A DNA stretch of 64,000 nt. It comes from Gemmatimonadaceae bacterium. GTDB lineage: Bacteria; Gemmatimonadota; Gemmatimonadetes; Gemmatimonadales; Gemmatimonadaceae. The DNA lies in the NCBI GenBank assembly GCA_045803545.1, contig JBJMOW010000004.1, positions 704,001-768,000 of the forward strand. Direction: 5' to 3'. Both the position numbers and the translations under genes were made by a program. The notes below the pieces were generated by a model. That model was given only the letters and a program-made list of their open reading frames with translations, was not told the origin of the DNA and did no database searches. Of this stretch, positions 48,817-58,883 are shown one piece after another. Each line of letters starts with the position of its first letter. Within the stretch, counting starts at the first letter, position 1.

Positions 48817-50898
48817 TTACCTCGGGTAAGGCGCCAACCCCGGCATACTGGCGGGTATGCCGAGGCTTTCCGCGGGCGGCAGCCTGTGACTCCGATACCA
48901 CTCCTGCCGTGCAAGATTGACCCTGTCGCCGCGCTCGATCCATAGCTGCGTCGCGAGATCGTAACGCGCCAGAACGTTGTGCAACCAATACGGGCGATTC
49001 TCTCTCAGCCACGCCTTTTCGTATTCGTCCCGGATCAACGAGAGACCGTCGCGCAGATCCTGTAGTCTGCCGTTGACGCCGGTGATGTCCGCGAGATCGC
49101 GCTGCGGCGCTTTACTCGTCGTGTCGCGCGCGCGGTCGTACATCGCCACTACTTCGTCGGCGAACTGAAACTTCATCCCGATGAAATCCATCCTTCGCGC
49201 GCCGAGCTTCATCGCCTCGATCGCATCGCGCTCACGCGCCACGGGCTCGGCTTGCGCAATCAACACCAGCGTCGATTCCGCGAGAATGCGCAGGTCGTGG
49301 GTGTAAGGTCTGATGCGCTGCGCCATGCTGCGTCCTTCATCGCTCCATGGATCCAGCCAGAACAAGTAGTTGCTCGCATCGCCGACCTTGGCGTTGGTCA
49401 ACAACGCGTGGGCCGCTGAGAGGCGTCGCTGCGCTTCGTCGATCTTGCCGCTCACGTCACCGTGAAACACTCGGCCGTAACTCGAAGCGAACGCGTCGAT
49501 GCTACTTTCACCTGATTGCCACGCCGCGGCCGCGCCGAAGAGATCGCCGTACCACGTCTGATTGAAAAGCGCCTCGCCGTCGTCGTCCCACGAAGTGTTG
49601 ATCATTCCGGTGGCGCCGAGTCGCTGTCCATCGCGCACGAAACGCTGGATGTTGACGAGAGCGTTGGAGTTGTTGGGATAGACCCGATTCCAGCTGCTGA
49701 CGCCGGGTGCGACCCAGGTCTCCATTCCGACGTCGCGAAACGGCTTGATGAACCGCACGTACGATGTATCCGCGCCGTAAGTCCATGGTACGGCAATCAG
49801 ATCTTTCGGGATCGTATTCACCAGCTCGGGTGAGCTCAACGCGACATCGCCCCAGAACAGAAATTTCTTCCCGCTCGGCCGCAGCGCGTCCGCGATCTGC
49901 CTGAGAAAGTCGAGATAGACGGTGCCGATTCCGACGGACTTGACCCTGTCCGCGGTTTGCCCGCGACCGAGCTCGAACGTTTCGTCGGCGCCGAGGTGAA
50001 CGAAGCGGCTCGGAAAGAGCGAGAAAATCTCCGCGAACATCTGCCTGATGAGCGGGAGCGAGCCTGGTTGTCCCGGCGCGAGCACATGTCCGTGCGACGT
50101 TTCTCCAAGCGGTGAATAGATCTCGTACTTCAGCAGGTGGTGCAGGTGTCCGAACGCTTCCTGCTCGGGAATGATGTCGACGTGATAGTTGGCCGCGTAC
50201 GCGACGAGCTCCTTCACATCGGCGTGAGTCATCGCGCCACCGGGCGGCGCGATCAGCGGATTCGACTCGTAGGCGAGAGTGTGCTCGAAGTACGGCGAGA
50301 AGAAGTTGACCTTGTACGCAGCGAGTGTTCGGATTTGTTTCTTCTGAAAGTCGAGCGTCGGTACGGGTCCGCGCGAGATATCGTCGTGAAATCCGCGGTA
50401 GCGCATCGCGGGCCAGTCGCGGATCGTCGCCCGATAGAGTTTCGCCTGTGCACCGTCGCCACTGACTAGCTGCTTCAGCGTCTGCGCGCCGTAGAACACT
50501 CCGGCCGCGGTTGCACCGATCACGACGAGGCGATTGCCATCGGGGATGATTACGTAGCCTTCGTCGTGCATCGCGGAATCAACGGTGAGCGAGTGGCGGC
50601 GCAGCACGGTCCTGGCGGCGGAAGCGTCCGCGCGCATCAGCACCACATTGGTGCCGGGACCGGACTCGCCATTCACCACGCGAATCCCGCGATCCTTGAG
50701 AGCCGCCGCGAGATCCGACGCCGCGAAGCGATCTTCGGCGGACGCCGGTCGGGCGATGGTGATTCCTCGAGCGACCGACAGCGCCGTGCCGTTCACGCTC
50801 ATCTCTCGCGGCTGCGGAATGAGGTGAAGATCCATTTGAGCGGCCAATGGTCTGGCCAGGCTGACCACGAACAGAGCGAAGACCGCTGGAGATTTCAT
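48817..50898 (-). CDS. GH20 beta-N-acetylhexosaminidase
   Basis: DWPAMRYRG..DDISRG, HLGADE catalytic motif; signal peptide; ATGA overlap. Confidence 0.9.
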   Translation of the reverse strand: MKSPAVFALFVVSLARPLAAQMDLHLIPQPREMSVNGTALSVARGITIARPASAEDRFAASDLAAALKDRGIRVVNGESGPGTNVVLMRADASAARTVLRRHSLTVDSAMHDEGYVIIPDGNRLVVIGATAAGVFYGAQTLKQLVSGDGAQAKLYRATIRDWPAMRYRGFHDDISRGPVPTLDFQKKQIRTLAAYKVNFFSPYFEHTLAYESNPLIAPPGGAMTHADVKELVAYAANYHVDIIPEQEAFGHLHHLLKYEIYSPLGETSHGHVLAPGQPGSLPLIRQMFAEIFSLFPSRFVHLGADETFELGRGQTADRVKSVGIGTVYLDFLRQIADALRPSGKKFLFWGDVALSSPELVNTIPKDLIAVPWTYGADTSYVRFIKPFRDVGMETWVAPGVSSWNRVYPNNSNALVNIQRFVRDGQRLGATGMINTSWDDDGEALFNQTWYGDLFGAAAAWQSGESSIDAFASSYGRVFHGDVSGKIDEAQRRLSAAHALLTNAKVGDASNYLFWLDPWSDEGRSMAQRIRPYTHDLRILAESTLVLIAQAEPVARERDAIEAMKLGARRMDFIGMKFQFADEVVAMYDRARDTTSKAPQRDLADITGVNGRLQDLRDGLSLIRDEYEKAWLRENRPYWLHNVLARYDLATQLWIERGDRVNLARQEWYRSHRLPPAESLGIPASMPGLAPYPR

Positions 50899-52031
50899 TT
50901 CGGATAGCCTTGCCACAGCCATTCGAGCGCCTCGGGCAACGTTTGCTGTTTCACTGCCCGGTCGACGTGCTCGGCGTTGCGAGCGAACACGAACTGATAG
51001 TGATAGTTCCTGGCAGCGAGCACCTTCGCCATGCTCTCGCTGGCGATCACCCAGTCGTGCATACCGTCGCGCATGATGTTCGGATTGAGAAAGTCCCTGT
51101 CGCCGACTTCCAGCCAGACCCGAATCGGTTTGGTTGGGCTACCGGGAATCAGACGCTCGTGAAATTCCCAGGCGCCATGCGGCGTCTCCGCACTATGCGG
51201 CCATTGCTGGTTGATGGCGGTGATCGAATAGGTGAGTACGCGATGATAGAGATCGGGGCGATACCACGCCATGATGAATGCCGCGGATCCGCCGGAGCTG
51301 CCGCCCATCGTCGCCCGTCCGTCCGGATCTTTGGTGAGCGTCACGTTGTACTGCCGTTCGACGACAGGGAGTACCTCCGTCTCGACGAATTCGGCGTAGC
51401 GCCCCGACATCGTGTCGTACTCGAGGCTGCGCTCGCTGCCCTGCGCATCGCCGCCGCCATTTCCGATCGAGATCGCGATCATCACCGGCACCTTCTTCGC
51501 GGCGATGAGATTGTCGAGCGCGGTGAACAAGGAGTAATCGGGCCCATCGGCGCCTACTATAAAAGGTGCGGCCCGGCCGGGGACGTATTGGGCCGGCACA
51601 TAGACGGCGACGGTGCGCGTGTAAGGAGCCGGCCGACTGGTGGTGACGATTAGAGTGGCGGGATCGGTTGGACTTACGACGCCGAACGTACCCGAATCGC
51701 GAGCGATGCCGGGAAAGAGCTTGCTGTCTTTCGAGCTCATGATAAAGGTGTAGATCTTTCCGCGCGGCACACCTTCGCGCACGACCATCTCTGGAGCTGG
51801 AGGATGCGTCGGCCCGATGATGAAATTGCCCTCGACGTCGGCGGGCGGAACGGTGCCGTCGGTTAGCTCCGTTGCTGCGACGAATCCCGGCGTGTGCGGA
51901 TCACGTGTCGGAGCGAGTCGATTCTGAGCACTGAGTAAGCCGACATCCAGAAAAACTGCTGCCAGTACGGTCCCACTGCTGATTCTCGTAACGATGGCAG
52001 ATGGGAAAAACAGAGTCCGCTTCGATCTCAA
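50895..52031 (-). CDS. Enterochelin-esterase-like alpha/beta hydrolase
   Basis: VYVPAQY, ERSLEYD, GGSSGG, PEALEWLW; start uncertain. Confidence 0.85.
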   Translation of the reverse strand: MRSKRTLFFPSAIVTRISSGTVLAAVFLDVGLLSAQNRLAPTRDPHTPGFVAATELTDGTVPPADVEGNFIIGPTHPPAPEMVVREGVPRGKIYTFIMSSKDSKLFPGIARDSGTFGVVSPTDPATLIVTTSRPAPYTRTVAVYVPAQYVPGRAAPFIVGADGPDYSLFTALDNLIAAKKVPVMIAISIGNGGGDAQGSERSLEYDTMSGRYAEFVETEVLPVVERQYNVTLTKDPDGRATMGGSSGGSAAFIMAWYRPDLYHRVLTYSITAINQQWPHSAETPHGAWEFHERLIPGSPTKPIRVWLEVGDRDFLNPNIMRDGMHDWVIASESMAKVLAARNYHYQFVFARNAEHVDRAVKQQTLPEALEWLWQGYPK

Positions 52032-52291
52032 TCAGACCTCATGGTGCGCGCGTCCTTGAGTGCCTTTTTCGCCGCGTATAGTTAGTTGGAAACCAGACCG
52101 GTAGATAGACCCGGATCGGCGCGCCGCGTAAAGAATATTCAACAGTTCGGGGGACGGAGATCGTATCGATGTCAGTACTGAAGCGATGACTCGTCTACGG
52201 ATGGTGCCGACGTGGCGGATGATCGTTGACAAGACTGAGGGTTCGCTTGGCAGCCTGGTCGCGTTACATTGAAGTCGCTGGTAAGCCTTAG

Positions 52292-52672
52292 ATGCGGATG
52301 ATGATCTCGCAGAGAAGACGTTTTTCCACTAAAGCCCGTCTCTGGATTTTTCTCGCTGGTTTCAGCCAGGCAGCAATGCCGGCAGTCACCAGCGTCGTCG
52401 ACGCGTTGCCCAGTGCCGCATCCGCGACGGCCGCGATTCGACCGCACATCGAGTCACATGGCTCGCCCAAGTGCCCGCGAGTGCACCAGGAAGACAATTG
52501 CGCACTGTGCCAATTCGTTAGAGGTGCAGTCGCTGTCACGCCGCCGCACGCGCCCAGTCCGGTCGCGAATGTCCGCTATACAGACGTCAAAGCGTCGCTC
52601 GAGCAGCAACCGCCTGCGGCTGCTTTTGAAGTCACACCCAGCCTACCCCGAGCTCCACCGGTAACCGCGTAG
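52292..52672 (+). CDS. DUF2946-like leader protein with CxxC and C-terminal RAPP motif
   Basis: Signal-like N-terminus; HIESH...HQEDNCALCQF; ends PSLPRAPPVTA; upstream of a TonB receptor; start may be 52298/52301. Confidence 0.78.
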   Translation: MRMMISQRRRFSTKARLWIFLAGFSQAAMPAVTSVVDALPSAASATAAIRPHIESHGSPKCPRVHQEDNCALCQFVRGAVAVTPPHAPSPVANVRYTDVKASLEQQPPAAAFEVTPSLPRAPPVTA

Positions 52673-52759
52673 TCGGCTAGAGGCCACAGGGCCTCGCCGT
52701 ATTTCCGTTCCGCCGCTCGAAAAAGGCGGACGAACTACGTCAATCTTACCGAGGAGATC

Positions 52760-55144
52760 ATGTCATTCGCACAATCGCGCATGGGCGTGCCCATCGCGCG
52801 TGCATTTCTTGTAGCTGCGGCAATGGTGTTGACACTGACTGAACCAGCGAGCGCGCGGGTAGCGCGCCGGGTCAACGCCGATGTGACCGGAGTGGTCACA
52901 GATTCGGCCAGCGGCCAGCCCCTTCCGTCAGCCGAAATCAGCGTCATGCAGGGATCGCAGGTCATCGCCAACGCATCGACCGACGCGTTTGGCCGTTACA
53001 CCGCGCACAACATCGCGCCCGGTACCTACGATATCACGGCGCGCTTTCTCGGATTCGGCCCACGGACAAAGTCGATTACGATCGGCGATGCCACCGGCGA
53101 TCTCAGAGTCGATTTCGGGCTCACCGCGATCGCAATCGCCTTGCAGGGCGTCACGGTCACCGCCTCAGTACCTCTGGCGGTCGACACCCGCAGTGGCGAT
53201 CAGCGCTTCAAGCAGGACCAGTATCACGGCGCTCCGACGCAAACCACGTCGCAGATCCTGCAACAATCAATCGCCGGAGCCGCGCGCGCTCCGACCGGCG
53301 AAGTCCATATTCGTGGCCAACACGCCGAATACACCTATTACGTCGATGGAGTCCCAGTTCCGGCCGGAATATCGGGAAGCCTCAATGAATTATTCGATCC
53401 GTCAGTCGTAAACGAAATCGATTTCAAGACGGGCGGCTGGGATGCTGAATATGGAAACAAGAATGCCGCGGTAGTCGACATCACGACACGAATTCCGACT
53501 GGTGGACTTCACTATCAGGTCTCTGGCTTTGCCGGCAATTACAACACTTACGGGCAGGGACTAACCGCAAGCACCAACGCGGGGAAGCTCGGCTACTTCT
53601 TCTCCGGATCGCACCAGACGACGGATATGCGACGTGAGCCTGTCATTCTCGATCCGACTTCGAACGAAATCGAGAACTTCCACAATCACGGCGAAGACTG
53701 GTTCGGATTCGGCAAGATCCAGTTTACGCCAGGCCTGAACGACGTCGTAAACCTCGAAGGAAATCTGTCGCAGACGAAGTTCCAGGTGCCGTTTGACACG
53801 ACGGGTAATACGCAAGCTGACGACAGGCAACGCGACGTCAACAGCTTCCTCAACCTCGGCTGGCGGCATCAATTTGCCGGGCCCGAGTATTCAGGCGGTG
53901 GCAGCGCCGCGAACGCAGGCGCGGCACCGGAGCTCTTCGCCGGACTTTTCTATCGCCACGGGAGTCTGACCTACACGCCCGGTACAAACGATGACCCGCA
54001 ATTCGTTTTCTTCCCCGATACCACGCATCGCAACATCAGCGAGGTGCGCGACTTCAACACCTACGGGTTGAAGGCTGATTATTCGATCCACCCAGCGCAC
54101 GAGCTCGAGTTCAAGTTTGGTACGCTCTCCAGCCTGACCCGCGGACAGGAGGACTTCTCGACGTTCGACGTCACCGGCGCCCGCGGACCCGGATCGAATT
54201 CGGCACTCAAGGGCTGGGACGCCAGCGGCTATGCACAGGTGGCGTACTCCCCGATCGAGCGATTCGAGATACGCACCGGCGTGCGCTACGACGCACACAA
54301 TGCGCCGTTTGCCGGGACGCAAACCCAGGTGAGCCCGCGAATCCGGCTCAACTTTTTCCCTAATACAGCAAATACGCTCTACCTCTATTACGGGCGGCTG
54401 TTCCTGCCGACGAACGTCGAAGACCTGCGCGCGATCACGAGCGTCGCCCAGGGCAATACCGCTACGACGCCGACGCTGCCGGAACGTGATCACTTCTATG
54501 AGGCGGGACTGCTACACCGCTTCCCGTTCGGCCTGGTCTCGAAGTTTTCCGGCTACTACAAGCAAAGCACTCCGGGCATCGACGACAATACGGTTCCGGG
54601 CTCGGCGATCGTCACTTCGGTGAACATCGCCAAAGTGAAGATTACGGGCATTGAAACGGTCCAGGAAATCCGGCCCCCCGGCCCGTTCTCCGCGTATCTG
54701 AACGCAGCGCTGAACCACGCCTACGGTATCGGTCCGATAACGGGCGGATTCTTCCCAACCGACGAGCCTCAGGGCTTCTTCGATCTCGATCACGATCAGA
54801 GACTGAGCATAGTCGGCTCCGGCACCTACTCTCTGTCGCGTAGTTATCTGAGTCTGACCGGAACTTACGGCTCCGGCCTGACGAACGGCGTCGATCCAGC
54901 CGACTGCGACTGCGCCTACGGAACAGGATTGTTCGATTTCAATCGCGGCATCAAGGTGAAGCCCAGCTTCATCGTGAACGCGAGCGCAGGGACCTCCTTC
55001 TCGTTCGGGCGCGCGCTGGTGCGACCCGAGTTTTACATCGACAACATCTTCGACAAGAAGTACCTGCTCAAGGGCGCCTTCTTCAGCGGTGCGTCGGTCG
55101 GACGTCCGCGCATGTTCCAGTTCCGACTCAACATCGCCCAGTAA
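52760..55144 (+). CDS. TonB-dependent receptor (putative metal uptake)
   Basis: Carboxypeptidase-regulatory-like N-domain; VHIRG, YVDGVP, GGWDAEYG, DHDQR; GAGGAG SD. Confidence 0.9.
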   Translation: MSFAQSRMGVPIARAFLVAAAMVLTLTEPASARVARRVNADVTGVVTDSASGQPLPSAEISVMQGSQVIANASTDAFGRYTAHNIAPGTYDITARFLGFGPRTKSITIGDATGDLRVDFGLTAIAIALQGVTVTASVPLAVDTRSGDQRFKQDQYHGAPTQTTSQILQQSIAGAARAPTGEVHIRGQHAEYTYYVDGVPVPAGISGSLNELFDPSVVNEIDFKTGGWDAEYGNKNAAVVDITTRIPTGGLHYQVSGFAGNYNTYGQGLTASTNAGKLGYFFSGSHQTTDMRREPVILDPTSNEIENFHNHGEDWFGFGKIQFTPGLNDVVNLEGNLSQTKFQVPFDTTGNTQADDRQRDVNSFLNLGWRHQFAGPEYSGGGSAANAGAAPELFAGLFYRHGSLTYTPGTNDDPQFVFFPDTTHRNISEVRDFNTYGLKADYSIHPAHELEFKFGTLSSLTRGQEDFSTFDVTGARGPGSNSALKGWDASGYAQVAYSPIERFEIRTGVRYDAHNAPFAGTQTQVSPRIRLNFFPNTANTLYLYYGRLFLPTNVEDLRAITSVAQGNTATTPTLPERDHFYEAGLLHRFPFGLVSKFSGYYKQSTPGIDDNTVPGSAIVTSVNIAKVKITGIETVQEIRPPGPFSAYLNAALNHAYGIGPITGGFFPTDEPQGFFDLDHDQRLSIVGSGTYSLSRSYLSLTGTYGSGLTNGVDPADCDCAYGTGLFDFNRGIKVKPSFIVNASAGTSFSFGRALVRPEFYIDNIFDKKYLLKGAFFSGASVGRPRMFQFRLNIAQ

Positions 55145-55198
55145 ATGAGACGTTTTCCGAAGTGCGCATTGCCGCGCCGCAGAGTGTCTGGAGGAATT

Positions 55199-56956
55199 AT
55201 GTCCATGAAGCAAACTACATCGCTGCTGCTCATGGTTGCCGCTGCCGCCTGTCACAGCAGCGATGGTACGGCTCCAGTTCCGCAACCGAACGATATTAGT
55301 GACATGAACGTCGGGGAGGTTCGCGTGCTCACACCAGGCGAGATCCCCAATGGTATCCATCTTTCGGCGACATCGTCGGCGCGTGATTACGTAATCATTG
55401 TCGGCAACACCAATCCGACCATTGATGTCGTCGCCAATTTCCTGGTGCGTGCGGATCAGTCCGCGGGTGAATCCGCGAACATCGCCGCGAACAAATCACT
55501 CGATGCCCGGCTCGATGTTTCGAGCCGGGCCATCACCTCGTTGACGTCTCGGCAACAGGCATTCGATGCGCAGGTGCGGGGATTCGAGCGACGCAATTTG
55601 TCTCTCCACGCAAAGTCGGGCGCATTTGGAGCCGCACGGGTCTCGGCCAGTCGAAGCGTTGCCGTCGCGACAACGCCAGCTCCGGGGGACGTGATCAGCG
55701 TCGATGTTCCTGATGGCAGCAGCAACGACCTGTGCGCCAACTTTTTTCAGACCCAGGCGGTTGTGGCGTCGGTCAGTCGCCGAGCGATACTCGCTGTCGA
55801 CACGCTCGATGGTCCGCCGACAACCCTGTTTCCACAGACCGTTCTCGACTCGATCACCCAGGAGTTCGATAACAATACCTTCGTCACCGACAGCTCTTAC
55901 TTTGGGAATCCGAGTGACGTCGACGGCAACGGTCGTGTCATCCTGCTTTTCACCGGTGAGGTCAACAAGCTGACGCCCGCGAACTCAAATGGTGGATTCG
56001 TCGGTGGGTTCTTCTTCGCGGGGGACTATTTCCCGCGTACGGGGCCGCAGGGTCAGTCCTGCGCGGAGAGCAACAACGCGGAGATCGTGTATCTGCTGTC
56101 GCCGGACCCAACGGGAAAGTACGGCAACGTGCGCGATGCATCGGAGGTGCGACAGGGAACGCGCGGCACGATTCCACACGAAGTCGAGCACATGATCAAC
56201 GCCGGCAATCGGTTCTTCAATCCCGCCGCCACGGCTTTCGAGGAGAACTGGCTCGACGAATCGCTGGCGCATATTGCCGAGGAAGCGGTTGGTCGTGTGT
56301 CACGGGGATTCGGTGATCTTCAGTTGCTGACGATCCAGGATATGCTGCCCAATGGAAACCGGGCAGCGGCCGACGATTTCAACGCGTTCTTCTTCGAAAA
56401 TTTTGCGCGGTTGTCGTATTGGATGGAGAAACCGGATACCTCGTCGGGGATCAGCTCCAACTCGGATGCGAATCTTTCCTCGAGCGGCGCCGACTGGGCG
56501 ATCGGGCGCTACGCCGCCGACAATTACTCCAACGGAGACGTACGAAATTTCACGCGAAAGCTGGCGGCTGGTCCTGAAAACGGAATCAAGAATTTCACCG
56601 ACGTTGCCGGCGCGCCGTTCGATTCGTTGATGGCAGGTTGGCTGGTGTCGATGTTTGCGGACCACGACGGCATCAGCGGTCTCGATCCGAAGTATCAGTA
56701 CCGGTCCTACAACTTCCGCAACATCATGCCGCCGGTTGCCGCGTCAGTCCTCAGCAACGGCGGTGCGTATCCGCTGGAGCTGATTCCGATTGCCAGCGGC
56801 TCCAACGTGTCGACGGAGGTGAAATCCGGAGATGGCGTCTACTTCCATCTCACCGTCTCAGCCAACTCCGGAGCGAAGAATGTGAAGATTCTGGATCCGA
56901 GCGGCGGGGAAGCATCATTTGTGGGCGCCCACGTCTATGTGCTGCGGGTGGACTAA
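55199..56956 (+). CDS. Lipoprotein with M30/hyicolysin-like zinc peptidase motif
   Basis: Lipobox AAAC; DVDGNGRVIL, GFFF..D, SN.AEI.Y, HEVEHMIN, WLDESLAH. Confidence 0.72.
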   Translation: MSMKQTTSLLLMVAAAACHSSDGTAPVPQPNDISDMNVGEVRVLTPGEIPNGIHLSATSSARDYVIIVGNTNPTIDVVANFLVRADQSAGESANIAANKSLDARLDVSSRAITSLTSRQQAFDAQVRGFERRNLSLHAKSGAFGAARVSASRSVAVATTPAPGDVISVDVPDGSSNDLCANFFQTQAVVASVSRRAILAVDTLDGPPTTLFPQTVLDSITQEFDNNTFVTDSSYFGNPSDVDGNGRVILLFTGEVNKLTPANSNGGFVGGFFFAGDYFPRTGPQGQSCAESNNAEIVYLLSPDPTGKYGNVRDASEVRQGTRGTIPHEVEHMINAGNRFFNPAATAFEENWLDESLAHIAEEAVGRVSRGFGDLQLLTIQDMLPNGNRAAADDFNAFFFENFARLSYWMEKPDTSSGISSNSDANLSSSGADWAIGRYAADNYSNGDVRNFTRKLAAGPENGIKNFTDVAGAPFDSLMAGWLVSMFADHDGISGLDPKYQYRSYNFRNIMPPVAASVLSNGGAYPLELIPIASGSNVSTEVKSGDGVYFHLTVSANSGAKNVKILDPSGGEASFVGAHVYVLRVD

Positions 56957-56972
56957 GCCCCGCTTGCACTGA

Positions 56973-57446
56973 TCACAGGATCTCGTCGATTTGGTGCACT
57001 GCCCCGGGGGGCCGAGTTTCGCCTATCCCGATGCTGATGATGCGATTCAGGAATCCGTATGCTTCGGCCGAAGTCTCGAATTTCGGCACTGTTCGAAAGT
57101 AGTAACGCGCGGGATCGACGAGCTCTCCACGGCTAAAGGCGGTGATCACTTCAGGCGGGGCGTTACGCAGACCCTGAAAGGTCATATAGATCAGCGCATG
57201 ATCGTCCGTCTCCAGCGTTATGCGCAGATCCAACTCCATTACGCCGTCGGAGCGCAGCAACAGCCAGTCGCCTCCTCCCGGCAGAACCTTTCCGCGGAGC
57301 CGCGCGCCTTCGAAGTCACCTCCCGCGACCGGCACGAAGCTGCGAACGCCATAGGGTACCGCACCGAACTTTTGCAGAGGAGCGGCGATGATTTTCACCG
57401 TCATGAGTGGTCGTGAGGTGATGACCTCGGCTTCGAACGTGGCCAT
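56973..57446 (-). CDS. DUF3237 family protein
   Basis: GG.FEG.RLRG.VLPGGGDW, LETDD.ALI, YFRT.P.FET. Confidence 0.88.
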   Translation of the reverse strand: MATFEAEVITSRPLMTVKIIAAPLQKFGAVPYGVRSFVPVAGGDFEGARLRGKVLPGGGDWLLLRSDGVMELDLRITLETDDHALIYMTFQGLRNAPPEVITAFSRGELVDPARYYFRTVPKFETSAEAYGFLNRIISIGIGETRPPGAVHQIDEIL

Positions 57447-57448
57447 GG

Positions 57449-57898
57449 CTACAGGATCTCGTTGATCGTGTAAATCGGCCCGGTCGCGCGGCGATCGCCG
57501 GACGCGACAGCGATCAAACTGTTCAGGAACGCATAGGATGGTGCGCTCGTTTCAAATCGCGGCGCGGTGCGGAAGTAGTACTTCGACGGATCGACGGACT
57601 CGCCTGTGCCGAGCGCCGCCAATATCTCAGGCGGGCCATGACGGAGCCCGAAGGACGTCATGTTGATCAAGGCGCCGTCGTCGGTCTCGAGCGTGATGCG
57701 CAGATCGAGCTCGAGAACGGCGTCGGACCGCGAGAGTGTCCAGTCACCTCCGCCCGGCAAGACCTTGCCGCGCAGGCGGGGCCCTTCGAAGGTACCGCCT
57801 GTGATGGGCGCGATGACGCGCGTTCCATGGGGCACAGCGCCGAGCTTTTGAAGCGGCGCGACGACAACCTGGAGCATCATCAGCAGGCGTGAGGTCAT
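57449..57898 (-). CDS. DUF3237 family protein (tandem paralog)
   Basis: Same motifs as 56973-57446. Confidence 0.88.
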   Translation of the reverse strand: MTSRLLMMLQVVVAPLQKLGAVPHGTRVIAPITGGTFEGPRLRGKVLPGGGDWTLSRSDAVLELDLRITLETDDGALINMTSFGLRHGPPEILAALGTGESVDPSKYYFRTAPRFETSAPSYAFLNSLIAVASGDRRATGPIYTINEIL

Positions 57899-57959
57899 AC
57901 CATAAGAAGGATACCTTGCCAACGCCAAAACTGAATCCGTAAGGGTCAGGTCCTAACGT

Positions 57960-58848
57960 CTAAAAGCGCTGCAGATCCTCGGCGATGACAACCTGCCCAT
58001 GGTAGTTACGACGAATGTTCGCGAGCACCTCCTCCGACGACTCTCGGCGGGTGTTGTGCGAGACGATCAGCAGTTTTGGTCTTGCTCGCGCCGCCACTTC
58101 GCCAAGCTGTATCGATGTTGTGTGATGCTCGGCGATGTACTTCGCCCAATCGACGTTAGGTCGATTACCCGACTGTACTTGTCCGGAAGGTATGACTTCG
58201 TGAATCAGTACATCGACTCCCGTCGCCATCCTGATCAGTGTCTCGCTCGGCCGCGTGTCGCCGGAAATGACGATGCTTCTGGTTGGCGTGTCGATCCGGT
58301 AGCCGAAAGCCTGCAACCGGCCGTGCTCCACCCGGAATGCAGTGACGCGGACGCCGCCACTATCGTAAACGACCCCGGGCGCGATCTCACGTGCATTGAC
58401 GCGATAACCTCCGGCAACGCCGTAATCGATTTCGCGTGTCTCGATGTCGACGGCGAATGCCTGATAAAGATGCTCGAGCATCGCTTTAGTGCCGGTGGGT
58501 CCGTACACCGGGAACGGTCGGTCGCGACCGAAGCTCCACGATGTGAATACAAGGTCGCCGAGCCCGAGAATGTGATCGCTGCAAATGCGTCAAAAAGAGC
58601 GCATCCACGCCGTTAACTGGAAGATGCGCCGCTGCGAGTCGGCGCTCCACACCCGTACCGGCGTCGAAAAGAAAAACGCGCTGTCCGACCACCACCGCCG
58701 TCGCAGGGCCCATGACGGCGGGAAGTGGCCGCGGTGTGCCGGTGCCGAGGGTAATGATTGTCGTGGAATCGGCCGCCGATGGGATTGGCCGTGACTGCGC
58801 AGCGAGAACCGGACAGCATGCGGCGAGGGCGAACGCAACAATGCGCAT
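57960..58848 (-). pseudogene. MBL-fold metallohydrolase (RNase Z/AtsA-like), frameshifted in the HxHxDH motif
   Basis: N-part LGTGTP...FDAG...FLTHL and C-part SDHILG...YGP...SGDT...HE...HT...SH are in different frames; a 2-nt loss near 58580 explains this. Confidence 0.8.
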
Positions 58849-58883
58849 ACGGAAGTCTCCGATTGAGGAATAGACCAGATCAG

